Below, in pieces: positions 57,261 to 60,538 of a stretch of 60,538 nucleotides of DNA. This stretch comes from a virus. Taxonomy: Duplodnaviria; Caudoviricetes. The stretch is taken from IMG/VR virus record IMGVR_UViG_3300005095_000141, positions 1 to 60,538 of that record; one strand, given 5' to 3'. Under the pieces are notes generated by a model. It was not told where the DNA came from. It saw only the letters and a program-made list of their open reading frames with translations, and made no database searches. Both the position numbers and the translations under genes were made by a program. Position 1 is the first letter of the stretch. Each line of letters starts with the position of its first letter.

Positions 57261-57646
57261 AATGGCGTGTTGACGATATGGATGATTTGGGAGACAAGGT
57301 CTGGGTGACCGTTATATTTGAGATAGATAAGGATGACTGGGTTGAGAGGTCTGTGTCTAGGTATAGTGAACTGCGTGATAAATGGACGAAGCTGTACCGT
57401 AAGGAGCTTGACATATATAGGAAGCTTGGTGGAAGAACTGGAGATGTTGTTGAGGTGTATAAGGACGGCACGGTTGTTATTGAGTATGGTGGTTTGCTGG
57501 GGAGGAAGCGTGTGAAGAAAGTGGTGTCTGCTGAGCTTAAACGCATTATTGATGAGAGAGCTGTGGTTGAGAAGGCTGTTAGCAATATTGTTGACAGGCT
57601 TGCTGAGAGGATTTTCGAGGAACTGTGCGGTGATAATGGTTATTAG
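57254..57646 (+). CDS. Hypothetical protein
   Basis: GGAGGTGA RBS. Confidence 0.65.
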   Translation: MVKWRVDDMDDLGDKVWVTVIFEIDKDDWVERSVSRYSELRDKWTKLYRKELDIYRKLGGRTGDVVEVYKDGTVVIEYGGLLGRKRVKKVVSAELKRIIDERAVVEKAVSNIVDRLAERIFEELCGDNGY

Positions 57647-57679
57647 TTGTTTGTTGTATAGTTTGTAGTGGTGGTAGGT

Positions 57680-58066
57680 ATGCCGTTTACTGGTAGGAGT
57701 GCGTTGAACCGTATTGTTGGTTTGCTTGAGGGTGTGCTTCGTGTTGCTAGTGATGTTGTAAGCGGTAGTTCTGGCAGTGTTTCTACTGGTGATGCTGAGG
57801 CTGTTGTTGCTAGTGTTGATTTGTCTGGCTGTGTGCGTGGCGTTGTGTTGGTTGCTAATACTGGTGGTAATGGTGTGGATGTTGTTGTGTCTGCTGTTGT
57901 TCCCGGCGGTAGTGTTTCGTACCAGTTGTTTAGCGGTAGTGTTGCGGCTGGTGCTGTACAGCGTGTGGATGTTGATTTTCCCTGTAAGGTCAGTGTGTTT
58001 GCTAAGAATAGTACGAGTGGTGCGGGCAGTACTGTTGTTGTTGACTGGGTTGGCTGGAAAGCCTAG
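57680..58066 (+). CDS. Small beta-rich protein (possibly structural)
   Basis: ATG after GGTGG; G/V/S-rich. Confidence 0.5.
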   Translation: MPFTGRSALNRIVGLLEGVLRVASDVVSGSSGSVSTGDAEAVVASVDLSGCVRGVVLVANTGGNGVDVVVSAVVPGGSVSYQLFSGSVAAGAVQRVDVDFPCKVSVFAKNSTSGAGSTVVVDWVGWKA

Positions 58067-58160
58067 CACTGTTTTTTAGCCTGTACTGAACAATGTGTGC
58101 CGGGCAATGTACAGGCGCCGGACACAGACCACCATATAGAATACAGGAGAGGAGAACACA

Positions 58161-58511
58161 ATGCCCAGACACATACACACAATAATAACAGAGAAACTAT
58201 ACTGGGTAATAGACAGTATTAGGGGCCGGTACGGTGTTAGTAGTGGTGCTTTGCTAGAGTTTGTTTTCTGGGCTTGCTGGGAGGATAGTGGTTGTAGGCG
58301 GCGTGTTTTGGACTGGCTTGCTGGCCGTGGTGTTCGTACTGGTAGTACTGGTGGTGCTGGCGATACTGGTTCTGGTTCGGCTGGTTCTGCTGGTGGTGTG
58401 GATAGTACCGGTAATGCTGGTGGTGGTGGTGCTTCGTCTTTTGCTGAGTGGTTGGTGCGTGGGTGGGGTGACCCGTTGAACCAGTTGTTGTTTGAGCTTG
58501 GCGGTGACTAG
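58161..58511 (+). CDS. Putative RHH-like regulator
   Basis: MPRHIHTIITEKLYWVIDSIRGRYGVSSGALLE has a beta-alpha-alpha pattern; GGAGAGGAG RBS. Confidence 0.5.
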   Translation: MPRHIHTIITEKLYWVIDSIRGRYGVSSGALLEFVFWACWEDSGCRRRVLDWLAGRGVRTGSTGGAGDTGSGSAGSAGGVDSTGNAGGGGASSFAEWLVRGWGDPLNQLLFELGGD

Positions 58512-58523
58512 GCTGGTTTGTGC

Positions 58524-58542
58524 TGTGCTTTGTTTTTACTGG
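58524..58542 (+). promoter_or_regulatory. 19-bp viral motif copy (upstream of E1)
   Basis: TGTGCTTTG-TTTTT-ACTGG. Confidence 0.75.
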
Positions 58543-58570
58543 TATTTACTGGGTTTGTGGGTGGTGTGTT

Positions 58571-59416
58571 GTGTCTGGTCGGGATTTGCTGTGGTTTCTT
58601 AGGCGGGCGGCGGCTGGAGGGTCTGTTTCTGGCAGTACTGGTTCTGTGGCTGGTGATTCTAGGTCTGCTGGTGCAGACGATGCTGGCGTTGCTGTTAATA
58701 CTGGTACTGGTGGTTCTGGTGCTGGGTTTGTGTTTCCTGGTGTGCGTGCTGTTGTGTTTGGGTTGGGTGGTGTTGGTTCGTGGCTTGTGTTTCTTGCTGG
58801 TGGTTACCGGTTGTTTGGTGGTTTTGTATTGGTTGATGGTGATGTGTGGGAGCCGGTGAATAGTAATAGGTTGTGGTTGTACCCGTTTGGGGGGTTGTTG
58901 GGCCGGTGTGTTGCTGGTGGCCGGTGTTTTAAGGCTGGTTTGGCTGGTGGGTGGCTTGTGCGGCGTGCTGGCTATACTGGTGGCCGGGTAAGGGTTGTTC
59001 CCCGGTATGTGCGTGGGGTGGATGATGTGCGTGCTGTTTTGTCCCGTTACTGTACCGGTACCGGCGGTGACGGTGCTGGTTATCGTTACCCGTGTGTTGT
59101 GTTTGACTGTGTTGATTCGCCGCGTGTGTCTGCTGATGTTCGGTATGCTGGTGTTGGTGCTGGGTTGCCTGTTGTTAGTCTTCATTTTGACGGTGGTAGT
59201 GTTACTGGTGAGGTGTTTTTGCCGGGGTCTGGGGCTGGTGTTTTTAGTGTTGGTGGTGCTCGTGGTGGGTATGTGGCTGGTAGTGTTGCGGGGTCTAGTG
59301 TGTTGGCGGCTTGGCTTGGCGTGGTGCTTGCTTACCGTGTTCTTACTGGGGCTGTTGGTGGCTATGTGTTGGTTGGTGGTGATACTGGGTCTGGGCTTCG
59401 TGTTTTTGGCTTGTAG
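58571..59416 (+). CDS. E1/ThiF-family ubiquitin-like activating enzyme
   Basis: VFGLGGVGS (GxGxxG), VDGDVWEPVNSNR (D-x-D..NxNR), the conserved K and FDCVD. Confidence 0.85.
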   Translation: MSGRDLLWFLRRAAAGGSVSGSTGSVAGDSRSAGADDAGVAVNTGTGGSGAGFVFPGVRAVVFGLGGVGSWLVFLAGGYRLFGGFVLVDGDVWEPVNSNRLWLYPFGGLLGRCVAGGRCFKAGLAGGWLVRRAGYTGGRVRVVPRYVRGVDDVRAVLSRYCTGTGGDGAGYRYPCVVFDCVDSPRVSADVRYAGVGAGLPVVSLHFDGGSVTGEVFLPGSGAGVFSVGGARGGYVAGSVAGSSVLAAWLGVVLAYRVLTGAVGGYVLVGGDTGSGLRVFGL

Positions 59417-59417
59417 T

Positions 59418-59436
59418 TGTGCTTTGTTTTTACCGG
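59418..59436 (+). promoter_or_regulatory. 19-bp viral motif copy (upstream of the unknown ORF-E2 pair)
   Basis: TGTGCTTTG-TTTTT-ACCGG. Confidence 0.75.
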
Positions 59437-59437
59437 T

Positions 59438-59501
59438 ATCTGTACTGTATCTGTAACTGTACTGTATTGTATCTGTATTGGTATGGTATGTATTGGTATG
59501 T
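59438..59501. repeat. Short (TGTAY)/(TATGG)-type repeats
   Basis: tgtactgtatctgtaactgtactgtattgtatctgtattggtatggtatg; similar to 2970-3020. Confidence 0.55.
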
Positions 59502-60262
59502 GTTTGGGGGTGTTGGTTGGGTTGTTTGTGCGGAGTGTGGATGTTGGTGGTGTTAGGCGGGCTGGTTCTGGGCGTGTTCCTGGTCGTTACCGGGTTGGTG
59601 ATTGGGGTGTTGAGTGGTTGTTTGTTCTTGATGGTGCTGGTGGGTTCGGTGTTGTTGCCGGGTTTTTGCTTGGTTTGGGGGGTTCTGGTGTTGTTGTTGT
59701 TGGTAGTGGTGGTGTGCCGGGTGTTGTTGCGCCTTGTTATGGTGTGCCGGGGGGTGCTGGGCTTGGTGGTTGGCCGTCTTGTTTTGCTGGTTTGGGCGGT
59801 GTTGTTTCTTACCGGGTTGTTGCTGAGTGGTTGTCTTCCGGTGTTGTGTTTCAGGGTGTTGGGGATGTGTTTGTTGTTGATGTTGGGCTTGGGTTGCCGG
59901 TTTCTTCTTGGCTTTACCGGGGCGGTGTGGGGCTTGTCTTTACCGGTGTTGATGGGGGTGTGTATGTGTTTGTTGCTAGGAGGCTGTATCTTTCTGATTT
60001 GCGCAGGATAGGCCGTGTGTCTGGCGGTGGTGATGGATGGTTTGTGCGTGGGGAGGAGTGCGGTGCGCTGTGCTCTGGTTTAAACGTACCCGGTGCCCTT
60101 ACCGGTGATGAGGGCTTGTTCGGGGGGTATGGCTTGGCTGGATGGGTTAGCAATGTGTTGCTGGAGGGTATTGTTACTGTGCTGAGGCGTACTAGTGATA
60201 GGGCGGTGATGTACCGGCTTGACACTGGTTCTGGCGGTGTTGAGAGACGTGTTTGGAGGTGA
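59498..60262 (+). CDS. Unknown lysine-free protein between E1 and E2
   Basis: Open frame 59417..60262 whose stop overlaps the E2 RBS; start uncertain. Confidence 0.55.
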   Translation: MCLGVLVGLFVRSVDVGGVRRAGSGRVPGRYRVGDWGVEWLFVLDGAGGFGVVAGFLLGLGGSGVVVVGSGGVPGVVAPCYGVPGGAGLGGWPSCFAGLGGVVSYRVVAEWLSSGVVFQGVGDVFVVDVGLGLPVSSWLYRGGVGLVFTGVDGGVYVFVARRLYLSDLRRIGRVSGGGDGWFVRGEECGALCSGLNVPGALTGDEGLFGGYGLAGWVSNVLLEGIVTVLRRTSDRAVMYRLDTGSGGVERRVWR

Positions 60263-60268
60263 CCGTGT

Positions 60269-60538
60269 ATGAGCTGGAGTGTTGAGAGCTGGTATGCATG
60301 GTTTTCCCGCCGGGATACCGGTGCTGGGCGTGGTACTGGTGGTGATGCGGGGTCTGGGCCTGTTAGGACGCTGAGCTTTAGGCGTGCTGGTGCGGACGTT
60401 GTGTTTGACCTGTACGGTGATGTTAACGACAGGTTTGTGCGTGCTGTTAAGAACTCGTATATTATACCGTTGTATGCCCGTCTTACCGGTGCTGGTAGCA
60501 TACGTGTTGCTGGCTATGCTTTTCTTGATAGGTGGAGT
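60269..60538 (+). CDS. E2/UBC-like protein, 5' part (continues at base 92)
   Basis: ATG 60269 follows RBS GGAGGTGA; the frame MSWSVESWYAWFSRR...RAVKNSYIIPLYARLT is open and continuous with ORF 23..1078. Confidence 0.85.
   Translation, partial: MSWSVESWYAWFSRRDTGAGRGTGGDAGSGPVRTLSFRRAGADVVFDLYGDVNDRFVRAVKNSYIIPLYARLTGAGSIRVAGYAFLDRWS
60448..60538. repeat. Terminal direct repeat (assembly overlap), copy 2
   Basis: Identical to bases 1-91. Confidence 0.97.

Noticed and set aside
58571-59416. E1 as a thiamine or molybdopterin biosynthesis enzyme
   Set aside because: No cofactor pathway genes are present, and linkage to E2 and JAB favours protein conjugation
58518-60011. Hydrophobic alternative-frame ORFs (58518..58859, 58995..59456, 59478..60011) as membrane proteins
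   Set aside because: They are by-products of A-poor DNA (few stop codons, L/V/C/W-rich) overlapping the E1 and adjacent frames
57650-60260. Diversity-generating retroelement as the cause of adenine loss
   Set aside because: No reverse transcriptase or template/variable repeat pair was seen
1-60538. Numerous long minus-strand ORFs (e.g. 54095..55774, 57125..58069, 33088..33987)
   Set aside because: These are antisense shadows of + strand genes; their T/N/H/P/S-rich composition follows from the strand skew, and they have no recognisable motifs
60448-60538. 91-bp repeat as a biological terminal repeat
   Set aside because: It falls in the middle of the E2 ORF, so it is more simply an assembler overlap of a circular contig

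Overview
This window is a complete circular or circularly permuted genome of about 60,447 bp (bases 1-91 are repeated exactly at 60448-60538). It belongs to a head-tailed (Caudoviricetes-type) virus of an archaeon, probably a thermophile and possibly a member of Thermoproteota. Essentially every credible gene is on the + strand, which is strongly G/T-skewed. Modules: small early genes and PCNA (1.4-9 kb); tail module with a -1 frameshifted chaperone and a short tape measure (10.9-18.9 kb); portal, AdoMetDC, ATP-grasp, prohead protease/scaffold and HK97-type major capsid (19.7-28.4 kb); a split LAGLIDADG homing endonuclease; fibre, DUF2341 and adaptor genes (29.4-35 kb); replication (RadA-like, PriS-PriL fusion, PolB, RPA-like, Cas4; 36.4-42 kb); a sugar-modification cluster with ParB-N (42-50.3 kb); RNA ligase; and terminase (54-55.8 kb). 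The most striking feature is a virus-encoded ubiquitin-like conjugation system spanning the contig junction: JAB deconjugase (55879), E1/ThiF (58571), an unknown lysine-free ORF (59498), E2/UBC-like protein (60269 through to 1078) and a small Ubl (1127). The E1, E2 and intervening ORF are 'lysine deserts'. A 19-bp motif (TGTGCTTTG-N5-AHYGG) occurs 15 times upstream of genes, including the Ubl-system genes, and a TFB zinc-ribbon protein is a candidate reader. All annotations come from motif recognition by eye; no searches were run.
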